A stretch of 64,000 nt of DNA from Mobula hypostoma (Eukaryota). The stretch spans positions 33,606,001-33,670,000 of the forward strand of contig NC_086097.1 of NCBI RefSeq assembly GCF_963921235.1. The letters are read 5' to 3'. Below are positions 1-36,292 of this stretch, in pieces (within the stretch, counting starts at the first letter, position 1; each line of letters opens with the position of its first letter). The notes under the pieces were generated by a model. It was not told where the DNA came from. It was given only the letters and a program-made list of their open reading frames with translations, and searched no databases. Position numbers and translations under genes: made by a program.

Positions 1-1919
1 TGGCAGACCTACTGTCTCAGTTTGCTCCTGCCCCACTGAACTCGTTTCTGCATACCTCGAAACGGTTCTATCCCCCCTTGTTCAATCCCTTCCTACCTAT
101 GTCCGTGACACTTCTCCCGCTCTTAAACTTTTCAATGATTTTAAGTTCCCTGGCCCCCACTGCTTTATTTTCACCATGTATGTCCAGTCCCTATATACTT
201 CCATCCCCCATCAGGAAGGTCTCAAAGCTCTCCGCTTCTTTTTGGATTCCAGACCTAATCAGTTCCCCTCTACCACCACTCTGCTCCGTCTAGCGGAATT
301 AGTCCTTACTCTCAATAATTTCTCCTTTGGCTCCTCCCACCTCCTCCAAACTAAAGGTGTAGCTATGGGCACCCGTATGGGTCCTAGCTATGCCTGCCTT
401 TTTGTTGGCTTTGTGGAACAACCTATGTTCCATACCTATTGTGGTATCTGTCCCCCACTTTTCCTTTGCTACATCGACGACTGCATTGGCGCTGCTTCCT
501 GCACGCATGCTGAGCTCGTTGACTTTATTAACTTTGCCTCCAACTTTCACCCTGCCCTCAAATTTACCTGGTCCATTTCCGACACCTCCCTCCCCTTTCT
601 AGATCTTTCTGTCTCTGTCTCTGGAGACAGCTTATCCACTGATGTCTACTATAAGACTACTGACTCTCACAGCTCTCTGGACTATTCCACTTCTCACCCT
701 GTCTCCTGCAAAAATGCCATCCCCTTCTCGTAATTCCTCCGTCTCCGCCGCATCTGCTCTCAGGATGAGACTTTTCATTCCAGGACGAGGGTGATGTCCT
801 CCTTTTTTAAAGAAAGGGGCTTCCCTTCTTCCACCATCAACTCTGCTCTCAAATGCATCTCCCCCATTACCACATTTGCTCTCACTCCATCCTCCTGCCA
901 CCCCACTAGGAATAGGGTTCCCCTGGTCCTCACCTACCACCCCACCAGCCTCCGGGTCCAACATATTATTCTCCGTAACTTCCGCCACCTCCAACGGGAT
1001 CCCACCACTAAGCACATCTTTCCCTCCCCGCCCCCCCGCTTTCCGCAGGGATCGCTCCCTACGCGACTCCCTTGTCCATTTGTCTCCCCCCCATCCCTCC
1101 CCACTGATCTCCCTCCTGACACTTATCCTTGTAAGCGGAACAAGTGCTACACATGCCCTTACACTTCCTCCCTTACCACCATTCAGGGCCCCAGACAGTC
1201 CTTCCAGGTGAGGCGACACTTCACCTGTGAGTCGGCTGGGGTGATATACTGCGTCCGGTGCTCCCGATGTGGCCTTCTATATATTGGTGAGACCCGACGC
1301 AGATTGGGAGACCGCTTTGCTGAACACCTACGCTCTGTCAGAGAAAGCAGGATCTCCCAGTGACCACACATTTTAATTCCACATCCCATTCCCATTCTGA
1401 CATGTCTATCCACTGCCTCCTCTACTGTAAAGATGAAGCCACACTCAGGTTGGAGGAACAACACCTTATATTCCGTCTGGGTAGCCTCCAACCTGATGAA
1501 CATTGACTTCTCTAACTTCCGCTAATGCCCCCCCTCCCCCTCATACCCCATCCGTTATTTATTTTTATACATACATTCTTTCTCTCACTCTCCTTTTTCT
1601 CCCTCTGTCCCTCTGACTATACCCCTTGCCCATCCTCTGGGTTCCCCCCCCCCACTTGTCTTTCTCCCTGGGCCTACTGTCCCATGATCCTCTCATATCC
1701 CCTTTGCCAATCATCTGTCCAGCTCTTGGCTCCATCCCTCCCCCGCCTGTCTTCTCCTATCATTTTGGTTCCCCCCCTCCCCCTCCCACTTTCAAATCTC
1801 TTACGAACTCTTCCTTCAGTTAGTCCTGACGAAGGGTCTCGGCCTGAAACGTCGACTGTACCTCTTCCTAGAGATGCTGCCTGGCCTGCTGCGTTCACCA
1901 GCAACTTTGATGTGTGTTG
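1..1919 (+). mobile_element. Penelope-like retroelement (family A): defective RT + GIY-YIG, with 3' pseudo-LTR
   Basis: RT motifs VQSLYTSIPH, GVAMGTRMGPSYA, YIDD, LPFLD; GIY-YIG motif VIYCVRC..LYIGET; in-frame stop at 731-733 and frameshifts; terminal repeat shared with many other copies in the window. Confidence 0.9.
1822..1857 (+). ncRNA. Minimal hammerhead ribozyme motif in Penelope pseudo-LTR
   Basis: agtc-CTGACGA-agggtctcggcct-GAAAC-GTC-gact: both core boxes, stem I agtc/gact, short stem II, GUC cleavage triplet, palindromic ACGT helix III. Confidence 0.75.
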
Positions 1920-2689
1920 TTTCATTAACCAGTTACACTGGCTGTGGTAACCACAGTCTCTGTTAACCAATTACACTGATACGCACATCCCCTGTTAATC
2001 AGTCATATGTACAGTGATAACCACGAGCCCAGGTGTTAACCAGTGAATGAGTGCTGGGACAAGCTGCACACAGGGGTGCAACACACCCAGTGACACTGCC
2101 GGGAGTGCTGGCCATTTGGTCAGAGACTGGTTCTCTTACAGAGCAGAGTCACCAGTGCCCGTCCCATCAGTATGGCCCCAGACATTCAAGACAACTCCCA
2201 GCAGGGAAAGCACACCTCTCACTCACACCCCTGTGCTCCCTCCCCCTCCCTTTCCCCTAAGTCCCATCCCTCCTACCTGCACTCCTTCCGGTGCTCTTGG
2301 CCCCAACCCATCAGTCTCTGGACCGTTTCCCTCTCACTACTGACCTCCTCCTACACTATCATAGCCACTGCCTCCTGCCCTGACCCTGGTGTCTCCTCCC
2401 AGAGACTGTACTGTAGGGTGGGGGTGGGGTAATATCCTGCCCTTTCACACCTGCTCCTCCTGTTCATTCACTAACCCTCCCTGAATCACTGGAACACATT
2501 GAATCCTGATACTGTACATCTCTGTTAGTCTGCTTCACCTTTCTGGATATCAACAGCCCACGTAAAGATCAGAGAGACCGCCTCTCCTCCAACTCTCACA
2601 CCTCACCCCCGCACAGCATCAGCTACAGGGGCTCCCGGTTACCTCTTCCCTTACCCTAGATCCAGAACCAGACTGCATACATCTATCCC

Positions 2690-3470
2690 ATCCCTCCCAC
2701 ATCTTTGGAACCCCTGCCCAGCCCCACACAGTCCCTCCCAAATCGATGGATCCCAGCTTCTACCCACCATCACACAGTCCCACCCAAATCAATGGATCCC
2801 ACCCCCTACCCACCCCCACATAGTCCCTCCCAAATCAATGGATCCCACCCCCTCCCTGATCAATGGATCCCACCCCTACCCATCCCCACACAGTCCCTCC
2901 CAATTTGACAGATCCCAGCTCCTACCCACCATCACACAGTCCCACCCAAATCAATTGATCCCACCCCCACCCCGATCAATGGATTCCGCCCCCTACCCAC
3001 CCCCACATTGTCCCTCCCAAATCAATGGATTCCGCTCCCACACAGTCCCGCCCCCATCAATGGATCTCACCCCCAGTCCCTCCCCGATCAATGGATCCCA
3101 CCCCCACACAGTCCCTCCCAATTGACGGATCCCAGCTCCTACCCACCATCACATAGTCCCACCCAAATCAGTTGATCCCACCCCCACCCACCCCTACACA
3201 GTCCCTCCCAAATCAATGGATTCCACCCCCACACAGTCCCACCTAAATCAATTGATCCCACTCCCACGCAGTCCCTCCCAAATTAATGGATCCCACACCC
3301 ACACCCACACTGTCCCTCCCAAATCAACGGATCTCACCCCCACCCACCCCCTCGCTGAGCAACGGATCCCACTCCCAGACCCCCAGCCCCTCCCCAATCA
3401 ACGGATCTCACCCCCCCCTCAGACTCCCAGACCCACACAGCCCCTCCCCGATCAACAGATTTCACCTCCA
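2690..3470. repeat. Degenerate C-rich minisatellite (~35-45 bp unit) in the intron after exon 13
   Basis: Recurring cacagtccctcccaaatcaatggatcccaccc-like units. Confidence 0.85.
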
Positions 3471-4133
3471 GGCCTCCCAGGCCCACACCTCTCCCACATC
3501 TCCCTAAGCCTCCCTTATCCTCACATCCACCACCCTCACACAACCCTCCTGTGAGTTGATGGGTTAGTTGGTTACTATAAATTCTCCTGTGACTGAGCAA
3601 GGGTCAATTCACGGGTTGTTGGGCAGTGTGGCTCAAAGGACTGGAAGGGCCTATTCCACACTGCCTCTCAGTAAATAAAAAAAAAACTTCCCAAACCTTC
3701 CACAATCAACCTCCACCCTGACCCACCCCCGCCAGATCAACCAATCCTACTACAAATATTCCCCCACTCCCATACCAATCCTCCCACATCTTCACCCCCA
3801 ATACAACCCCTCCCATATCTTCATCCCGATACAGCTCCTCCCACATCTATCAATTCCACCCAAAACCCTCCCTCATCCTCTCACCCTCACTGCTCCCTGA
3901 ACCTCACAAATCTCCCCAAACCTCCCACATCCTCGTCAACTTACCGCACACAATTCCTCCCCAATCAACCAGTCACATCCCAAATCCTCCCCAAAATTCC
4001 TACCACACCCCCTCCGACATTTGCCCCCACCTCCGGAGGTGGAATTTGCCATTTGAATGTGTACAGTGCGGTATAGAGAGTACACAGAGTTTATGTTTAA
4101 ACAACTGGGAACATGGGGTCTAAGTGCACTCAC

Positions 4134-27522
<23,389 letters not shown>

Positions 27523-28309
27523 CGCTCCGGGGCGGCCTCCCGTCCGCCTGCACCCCGAGACCCGACACAGCGCGACCCCGACACCCGTACGCTCACCGCC
27601 GGTCGCGCGACCGCCCCTACTGCTGGGAGGACCGACATCACCGCCCCCGGTGGTGGGAGGACTGAAGAAAGACCGGTATCACTGACACTCAGTGGGAGTT
27701 CCAAGATTACCATGCCTGTTGGCAGCAGAATCATTTTGGCCATGTTGTTGTCCCGAAGAAGGGTCTCCGCCGAAACGTCTACTGTTTATTCATTTCCTTG
27801 GATGCTGCCTGACCTGCTGAATTCTTCTGGTATTTTGTGCCTGTTGCTTTGGATTTCCAGTATCTGCAGCCTTTCCCTTGGTTATGTTGTAGTCCAATGG
27901 TTTAACTCCAATGAAACATGAGCTAGGTACTTGGGTTTGCCCGAAACTTTCTGGTCGTACAGTGTCTTGGGATGTCCGTAAGTGACCGGCATGTTGCATG
28001 GCGCAGGAGTATGTACCTAGCCGTGCTCTGGATCTCGGTGCATCCTCTGAAACGACTTTGTTGGGAAGGTCCATGGTCCGACGTTACTGCACATCGAGGG
28101 GCTGGCTCCTTAATTGCAACCTCTCCAAACCCTTGGTGAGTGTATTGCTTTAGGAAAAATGCAAGTGGCATTACTACTTTCTTTAGTTTAATGTCACAAT
28201 GAATGTAAAGAAAAACATTTTTTTTGCTGTGTGCATTTGTATGAATAAAGTATTTTAAACAATTAAACAACCATGAACTATGTTTAGGTATTATGATCAG
28301 AGATTAAGG

Positions 28310-28700
28310 GAGCTAGGGCTTTACTCTTTGGAGAGAAGGAGGATGAGAGGAGGCATGATAGAGGTGTACAAGATAATAAGAGGAATAGATAGAGTGGATA
28401 GCCAGCGCCTCTTCCCCAGGGCACCACTGCTCAATACAAGAGGACATGGTTTTAAGGTAAGGGGTGGGAAGTTCAAGGGGGTTATTAGAGGAAGGTTTTT
28501 TACTCAGAGAGTGGTTGGTGCGTGGAATGCACTGCCTGAGTCAGTGGTGGAGGCAGATACACTGGTGAAGTTTAAGAGACTACTAGACAGGTATATGGAG
28601 GAATTTAAGGTGGGGGTTTATATGGGAGGCAGAGTTTGAGGGTCGACACAACATTGTGGGCCGAAGGGCCTGTAATGTGCTGTATGATTCTATGTTCTAT
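28310..28700 (+). mobile_element. Young CR1 3' fragment
   Basis: Open frame LRELGLYSLERRR...FFTQRVVGAWNALP; near-identical to the 3' part of 35282-35985. Confidence 0.9.
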
Positions 28701-30401
28701 TACACTGCATGCTTGCAGCCCCAGCGATCTGGATTCAACCTTGACGTCTGATGCTATATGGAGTTTGTGCTGTCTTTGCAGGAATCGGTCAAGTCTATGA
28801 TTTTGGCCTCATTTAGCACCAGATTTCCTGCATCTGCAGTTTTTTTTCACTTTCAGGTTAATATATGTTTTATTCTGGGAATTGAAGTTGGAAACATAAG
28901 CTGCTGAAAATGCACAGCAAATCAGAGAGTGCCTGTGGAGCAAGAACTTAAAAACTGAAAAATGCTAAAAGGTGCTCTAGATTTTAAAGAACGAAATGGC
29001 CAGTGGAAGGAATACATAGGCAGTGATAAGGTGTGAGGCAGGGCAAACTATGACAAGAAGCAGGAATGTTGCAACACAGATAGGGATAATAATGGACCAA
29101 GTAACAAAAAAAATTTGGATCTGGAGATTCCGAACAGCCTCACCCCACTGGGAATTAGCAATTTCCCATACAATACAGATAGTGTTTTGTGGATTAGGCA
29201 GAGCAATTGAAGAGTGTTTGAGTTATTCAGCAGGACAGAGGAAGCAGTTAATGCTTCAGGCCAAGTTCCTTTCATCAGAACTGGAAAAGAGAGTATGTTG
29301 CAGCTCTGTTAATATTGGGTTAGACCACACTTGGATTATTGTGTTCACTTCTAGTTGCCTCTTTACAGGAAGGATGTGGAAGCTTTAGAGAGTGTGCAGA
29401 GGAGATTCCCAGACTAGAGGGCATGTCTTGTGAAGATAGTTTGAGTGAGCTAGGGCTTTTCTCTTTGGAATGAAGGAGGATGAGGGTGACTTGTTAGAGG
29501 TGCACAAGATTATGAGTAGCATAGATAGAATGCTTAGCCAGAGACTTTTCCCCAGGGCAGTAATAGCTAATTCATGAGGGGCACAATTTTAAGGAGGTTG
29601 GTGGAAAGTTTGGGGGGATGTCAGAGCTAAGTTCTTTACACACAGAGTGGTGGGTACATGGGACACCCTGCCAGGGGCAATGGTAGGGGAAGATACATCA
29701 GCGGCATTTGAACAAAACTCTTGGATAGGCATGTGGATAACAGAAAATGGAGGGTTATGTTCGAAGGATGGGCTACATTGATCTTAAGAGAAGGTTAAAA
29801 GGATGGCACAACATTGTGTGCTGTACTCTTCTATGTTCTAAGTTTTGAGTTGAAAGAAATAGGGAAAGCATGGAGACTGATTGTCCAGCTGATATGTTGA
29901 TGCTGTTTACAAGAGTATGATAAATGTTTGTTAATAACAGCTAATCTTCAGAAGTATAAGTAAAACTTCACTTTCTCTCTCTTTCCCACAGCCTTCCAAC
30001 AACAGAAAATGTGTTTTTTTTCCCCCCACATTTCCAGACCTGATGAAAGGTCAAAGATTTGATATTTCTCTACTCCTCAGATGCTGAGTATGCAGCAGTT
30101 TGTTCCAGCAGATGCTGTTCTTTCCACTTGCAGATCGGTTGGTCTTTTCACTGTAGCTTTTCGCTCCTCGTTGCCTATTTCAGCTATGATTTTACTGCCT
30201 TTGCGACATGTGTTAGTCTTTTATTTTAAACCTCAACAAGCAAGAGCATCGCTTAATATTTTGAATAAATTATTACCTTACAAACTTAAAAATTAGTTAA
30301 CGCAAACAACAGGAATTCTGCAGATGCTGGAAATTCAAGCAACACACATAAAAGTTGCTGGTGAACGCAGCAGGCCAGGCAGCATCTCTAGGAAGAGGTG
30401 C

Positions 30402-30437
30402 AGTCGACGTTTCAGGCCGAGACCCTTCGTCAGGACT
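30402..30437 (-). ncRNA. Minimal hammerhead ribozyme motif
   Basis: Same 36-nt motif, in the left arm of a fold-back Penelope insertion. Confidence 0.7.
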
Positions 30438-31186
30438 AACTGAAGGAAGAGTGAGTAAGGGATTTGAAAGTTGGAGGGGGAGGGGAGATCCAAAATGATA
30501 GGAGAAGACAGGAGGGGGAGGGATGGAGCCAAGAGCTGGACAGGTGATAGGCAGAAGGGGATACGAGAGGATCATGGGACAGGAGGTCCGGGAAGAAAGA
30601 TGGGGGGGGGGGACCCAGAGGATGGGCAAGGGGTATATTCAGAGGGACAGAGGGAGAAAAAGGAGAGTGAGAGAAAGAATGTGTGTATAAAAATAAGTAA
30701 CAGATAAGTAACAGATGGGGTACAAGGGGGAGGTGGGGCATTAGCGGAAGTTAGAGAAGTCAGTGTTCATGCCATCAGGTTGGAGACTACCCAGACGGAA
30801 TATAAGGTCTTGTTCCTCACACAACACCTTATATTCCGTCTGGGTAGCCTCCAACCTGATGGCATGAACATTGACTTCTCTAACTTCCGCCAGGCCCCAC
30901 CTCCCCCTTGTACCCCATCTGTTACTTATTTTTATACACACATTCTTTCTCTCACTCTCCTTTTTCTCCCTCTGTCCCTCTGAATATACCCCTTGCCCAT
31001 CCTCTGGGCCCCCCCGCCCCCGTCTTTCTTCCCGGACCTCCTGTCCCATGATCCTCTCGTATCCCCTTTTGCCTATCACCTGTCCAGCTCTTGGCTCCAT
31101 CCCTCCCCCTCCTGTCTTCTCCTATCATTTTGGATCTCCCCCACCCCCTCCAACTTTCAAATCCCTTACTCACTCTTCCTTCAGTT

Positions 31187-31222
31187 AGTCCTGACGAAGG
31201 GTCTCGGCCTGAAACGTCGACT
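31187..31222 (+). ncRNA. Minimal hammerhead ribozyme motif
   Basis: Same 36-nt motif, in the right arm. Confidence 0.7.
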
Positions 31223-31419
31223 GCACCTCTTCCTAGAGATGCTGCCTGGCCTGCTGCATTCACCAGCAACTTTTATGTGTGTTGCTTAAAAATTAGTTGT
31301 CCAATATCAAATAGTAATGACTTTTCTCATTCTTTCAAGGAACGGCTTTTTGTAATGAATTTACATTTTCTGTACAGCTATCCTTTGTATCATGTCTCAT
31401 TGAAAAAAGAGCTGAAGAG

Positions 31420-33120
31420 TGACCATAAGACATAGGAGCAGAATTAGGCCATTCAGCCCATTGAGTCTGCTCCGCCAATCCATCATGGCTGATTCCGGAT
31501 CCCACTCAACTCCATACACCTGCCTTCTCGGCATATGATCCTTTGAGCCTGCTCCACCATTCATTGTGATAATGGCTGATTTCTACCTCACTGGCTTTTT
31601 CCAGCACCATTCCTGATTCCTTTAATTCCAGAAATGCATTAATCCCTGTTTTGAATGAATATCGCAATTCTGCTTCCACAGTTGTCCAAGAATTTAAAAA
31701 ATTCCAAACATTCAGCACCCTGTCTGCAGAAAATATGCTCATCTCAATCGTAAATGGACCACCCCACACACACAAACTATATCCCAGGTCTTGGACTCCT
31801 CTGTCAGGAGAAATGTTCTTTCTGTATCTTGTATTTAACCCTACTAAGGAGTTGGTACATTTTGAGGTTAATTTTGTCATTTTATTTCTCATGTTTTCTT
31901 TTGCATCATGGATTTTTCTTCTCCCTTCCCACCTCTGTAACTGATTAGGACCATAAGACAAAGGAGCAGAATTAGGCTCCTTTCCTAAAGCAGCAGAATT
32001 AGGCCAAAGGTCCATTGATCCTGCTTCGCCATTCAATCATGGCTGATCCTTTTTTCTATCTCTTCTTCAATCCCTGTTCCTGGTCTTCTCCCCGTAACCT
32101 TTGATGCCATGTCCATTCAATAACCTATCAATCTCTGCCTTAAATACACCCAACAACCTGGCCTCCACAGCTGCATGTGGCAACAAATTCCACAAATTCA
32201 CCATCCTTTGGCTAAAGAAATTTCTCCGCATCTCTGTTTTGAAAGGCGCCCCTCTATCCTGAGGCTGTACCCTCTTGTCCTAGATTCTCCCACCATGGGA
32301 AACGTCCTTTCCACATCTACTCTGTCCAGGCCTTCAAAATTTGAAAGTTTTCAGTGAGATCCCTTATCATCCTTCTGAATTCCAGCGAGTACAGACCCAG
32401 AGCCATCAAACGTTCCTTGTATGATAACCAACCCTTTCATTCCTGGAATCATCCTCTGGATCCTCTCTAATGCCAGCACATCTTTTCTAAGATGAGGGGC
32501 CCAAAACTGTTCATAATATTCAAGGTGAAGCCTCACCAGTGCCTTAAAAAGTGTCAGTATCACATCCTTGGCCCATCGAGTCTGCTCCATCATTTCATCA
32601 TGACTGATCCATTTTTCCTGTCAGCCCCAATTTCCTGCCTTCTCCCTGTATCCCTTCATGCCCTGACCAATTAAGAATCTGTCAACCTCTGCCTTAAATA
32701 TGCAGAAAGACTTGGCTTCCACTGCTGCCTGAGCAATGAATTCCACAGGTTCACCACTCTCTGGCTAAATAAATTCCTCCTCATCTCCATTCTAGAAGGT
32801 CACCCCTCTATTCTGAGATAGTGTCGTCTGGTCTTAGACTCTCAACCATAGGAAACATCCTCTCCACATCCACTCTATCAAGGCCTTTCAGCATTTGATA
32901 GGTTTCAATGAGGTCACCCCTCATTCTACTGAATTTCAGTGAATCAGGTCCAGAGCCATCAAATGCTCTTCATATAACAGGGTATTCAGACCTGGAGTCA
33001 TTTTTGTGAACCTCCTTTGAACCCTCTCCAATTTCAGCACATCATTTCTAAGATAAGGGGCCCAAAACCGTTCATAATACTCCAAGTGAGGCCTCACCAG
33101 TGCTTTATAAAGTCTTATTA
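31420..33120 (-). mobile_element. Cluster of CR1 3' fragments
   Basis: LVRPHLEYYE..WAP motifs and repeated cataaga-ca(a/t)aggagcagaattagg tails. Confidence 0.75.
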
Positions 33121-34139
33121 ATTCCAATTATGATGAAAAGATTACTAAACTAAAATGTTGATTTCATTTATTCCTTCTCAGAGCTAAAGCCCTTAGAGTA
33201 TTTCCACCAATATTTGGTTTTATTATTAATTTCTATATAAACAAAATGTTCTGTCTGTAGAGAGGGACAACACAAGCTTGAGGAAGTTGTAGCATGTTCG
33301 GACTCAGTTATACAACTTCCAATAATTTTTTAAAATCTATTTCAGAACCTGACATTTCTACTGTGAGTTATTTGTCTGTGATATTAGTTTACTTTCTTCT
33401 CTCTCTATTAGCACACAGTAACCTGCAATTTGCAATATGTCCTATCCATCTCTTCCAACCCCCACCTTCCCACCCAACAACTTCTTTTCAACTTGAAACT
33501 AATTTTTTCTTCTCTCTTTTCCAGTTCTGATGAAGAGTTTCAACCTGAGTATAACTGTTTCTCTTTCCACAAATGCTAATGATCTACTGAGTGCTTTCAG
33601 CATTTCCTTTTCCCTTGTGTCATGTTCTCTTTGTTGTAATTTGGGAAATATCAAAATTTGCTGTGTATTTATAAAGTTACAAATGTTCCAGAAATACTTG
33701 CGACGATACTGAAATAGGATTACTAAACTTCACCTGTCACCCAAGATAATTAACAGTGAAATTGAATTTAAATCTGTTCTGCATTTAAACTGACCACTCT
33801 TTCCAGAATTTGGAATAAAATGACATTAGCTGCTTTCAAGTTTGCAAGATTATTGTGGAACTATGAAAATGTGTTTCCCAGAAGTCTTCAGTATTTGGCT
33901 TGTGTATTCTGAGCTCGTAAAGTCTCTGTGTTGAAAGTAGGGTAAAGAAAGTCTGGTTAAGAATACACAATTGTGCCTGTGTTGTTAAGTCAGCGAAATG
34001 GGAAAAGTCCACAAAATATGACCCACTGTAAATACAAGTTCATAATGTTTATTGAAAGAATCCTTTAAATAACATCAATGTGGTTAATGATGAGCTCAAA
34101 GCCTTACATGCACACTGTGATAGGGAAAGCTATGATTCA

Positions 34140-36290
34140 CCCACATGAGCTCTCATATCTCCAGTTGACCCTGTAGTTTCTGTTTCTGAGGCCAATGTCT
34201 GGACATGCTTCAAGAGGATGAATCCATGAAAGGCATCTGGTCAAGGTGCCTTAACCGGCTGAGAATGAAAGACCTGTGTGGACCAACTATCTGGAGTATT
34301 TACAGACATATTCAATCTCTTTCTTCTGCAGTCTGAGGTTCCTACCTGCTTCAAAATCCATCAGTTGTTCCGGTGACTTGTAATGACTACTGTCTGGTCG
34401 CACTCACATCAGCCGTAATGAAGTGCTGTGAGGGGCTGGTTATGATGCAGATTAACTCCTGCCTCAGAGATGGCCTGGATCCACTTGAATTTGTCTACTA
34501 CCGCAACAGGTCACTAGCAGATGTAATTTCTTTGGCTCTTCACTCTGCTCTAGACAGCAGGAACTCGTACATCAGGCTACTGTTTATCAACTACAACACA
34601 CCTATCCCATTCAATTTCTTCATCAAGCTTTAAGATCTGGGCATCCGTGCTTCTCTCTGCATCCGAATACTCGACTTCCTCATTGACAGACCTCAGTCAG
34701 TCAGGATTGGGAACAACATCTCTTCCTCACTGACCATCAAATAGGTGCACCTCAAGGCTGCGTGCATAGCCACTTATTCTAGTCTCCACAGTATATACAC
34801 ACGATTGTGCAGCTATGCAGAGTTCCATTTCACTAGCTACAATACTGTTGTTGGACAAATCAGAAGTGCCGATGAGTCAGTGTACAGGAGTGATAGGACA
34901 TCTGGTTGAGCGGCTCAGTGTCAGCGAAGCCAAAGAACTGATTGTTGACTTCAGGAAAGGGAAGGAGGGTGAACATTTGCCAATCTACATTGGGAGAGCA
35001 ATGATTGACAGGGTGGGTTACCTGAGTCATAAAACCCAGTCCTAGGTGTTATGACAGCATCTGGGACGACCTGTCCTAGGTAAAGCACGTAGATACAGTC
35101 CCATAGATAGAGATACAGAAAAGCAGGGTCAGCAGCTTTACTTTCTTAGGAGGTTAAGGAGGTTAAAGAGGTTTGGCTTGTTACTGAATACTTTAGCAAA
35201 CTTGTACAGATCTACGGTTGGAAGTATCCTGACTGGTTGCATCATGATCTGGTACAGCCACAGCATTTCGAATGCACAAACATACAACATAGAATAGTAC
35301 AGCACAGTACAGGCTCTTCAGCCCACAATGTTGTGCCGACCCTTAAACCCTGCCTCCCATATAAGCCCCCACCTTAGATTCCTCCATATACCTGTCTAGT
35401 AGTCTCTTAAACTTCACTAGTGTATCTGCCTCCACCACTGACTCAGGCAGTGCATTCCACGCACCAACCACTCTCTGAGTAAAAAACCTTACTCTAATAT
35501 TCCCCTTGAACTTCCCACCCCTTACCTTAAAGCCATGTCCTCTTGTATTGAGCAGTGGTGCCCTGGGGAAGAGGCGCTGGCTATCCACTCTATCTATTCC
35601 TCTTATTATCTTGTACACCTCTATCATCTCCTCTCATCCTCCTTCTCTCCAAAGAGTAAAGCCGTAGCTCCCTTAATCTCTGATCATAATGCATACTTTC
35701 TAAACCAGGCAGCATCCTGGTAAATCTCCTCTGTACCCTTTCCGATGCTTCCACATTCTTCCTATAGTGAGGTGACCAGAACTGGACACAGTACTCCAAG
35801 TGTGGCCTAACCAGAGTTTTATAGAGCTGCATCATTACGTCGCGACTCTTAAACTCTATCCCTCGACTTATGAAAGCTAACACCCCATAAGCTTTCTTAA
35901 CTACCCTATCCACCTGTGAGGCAACTTTCAGGGATCTGTGGACATGTACCCCGAGATCCCTCTGCTCCTCCACACTACCAAGTACACTACAAGAAGCTGT
36001 AGGAGTAGTGGCCTCTGTCCAAAACAACATTGGTACATCCCTCTCCACCTTTGGTAATATCTACTGGAGGCACTACTTCAAGAAGTCAAAATCCATTGTC
36101 AGAGATCCCTACTATTTGGGCCATGTGGTCTTCTTGCAACTACCATTGGGTAGCAAATACAGAAGCCTAAGGTCTTAAATCACCACACTTAAGAACAGCT
36201 ACTTCCCTTTAACCATTCGGTAAAACCCTAATCGCTGCAGTGTAGCAACACTTTGTACAAAGATAGACTTCCTTCTAATTGTGTTCTTTC
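34140..36290 (+). mobile_element. Degenerate Rex1/Babar-like LINE interrupted by CR1 (35282-35985)
   Basis: CNDYCLVALTSAVMKC, LDPLEFVY, KELIVDFRK remnants. Confidence 0.75.
35282..35985 (-). mobile_element. Young CR1 3' fragment
   Basis: QRDLGVHVH...RPHLEYCVQFWSP...FFTQRVVGAWNALP motifs. Confidence 0.92.
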
Positions 36291-36292
36291 TT

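Larger units (their letters stand above)
30301..31287. mobile_element. Fold-back Penelope family A insertion (two inverted pseudo-LTRs)
   Basis: Minus arm ~30301-30817 and plus arm ~30819-31287; flanking duplication cttaaaaattagtt at 30285-30298 and 31285-31298. Confidence 0.9.

Noticed and set aside
1920..4133. NEK9 exon 14
   Set aside because: No match to the expected RCC1 continuation (CGxDGTFLL-like) found by eye; it probably lies beyond the window.
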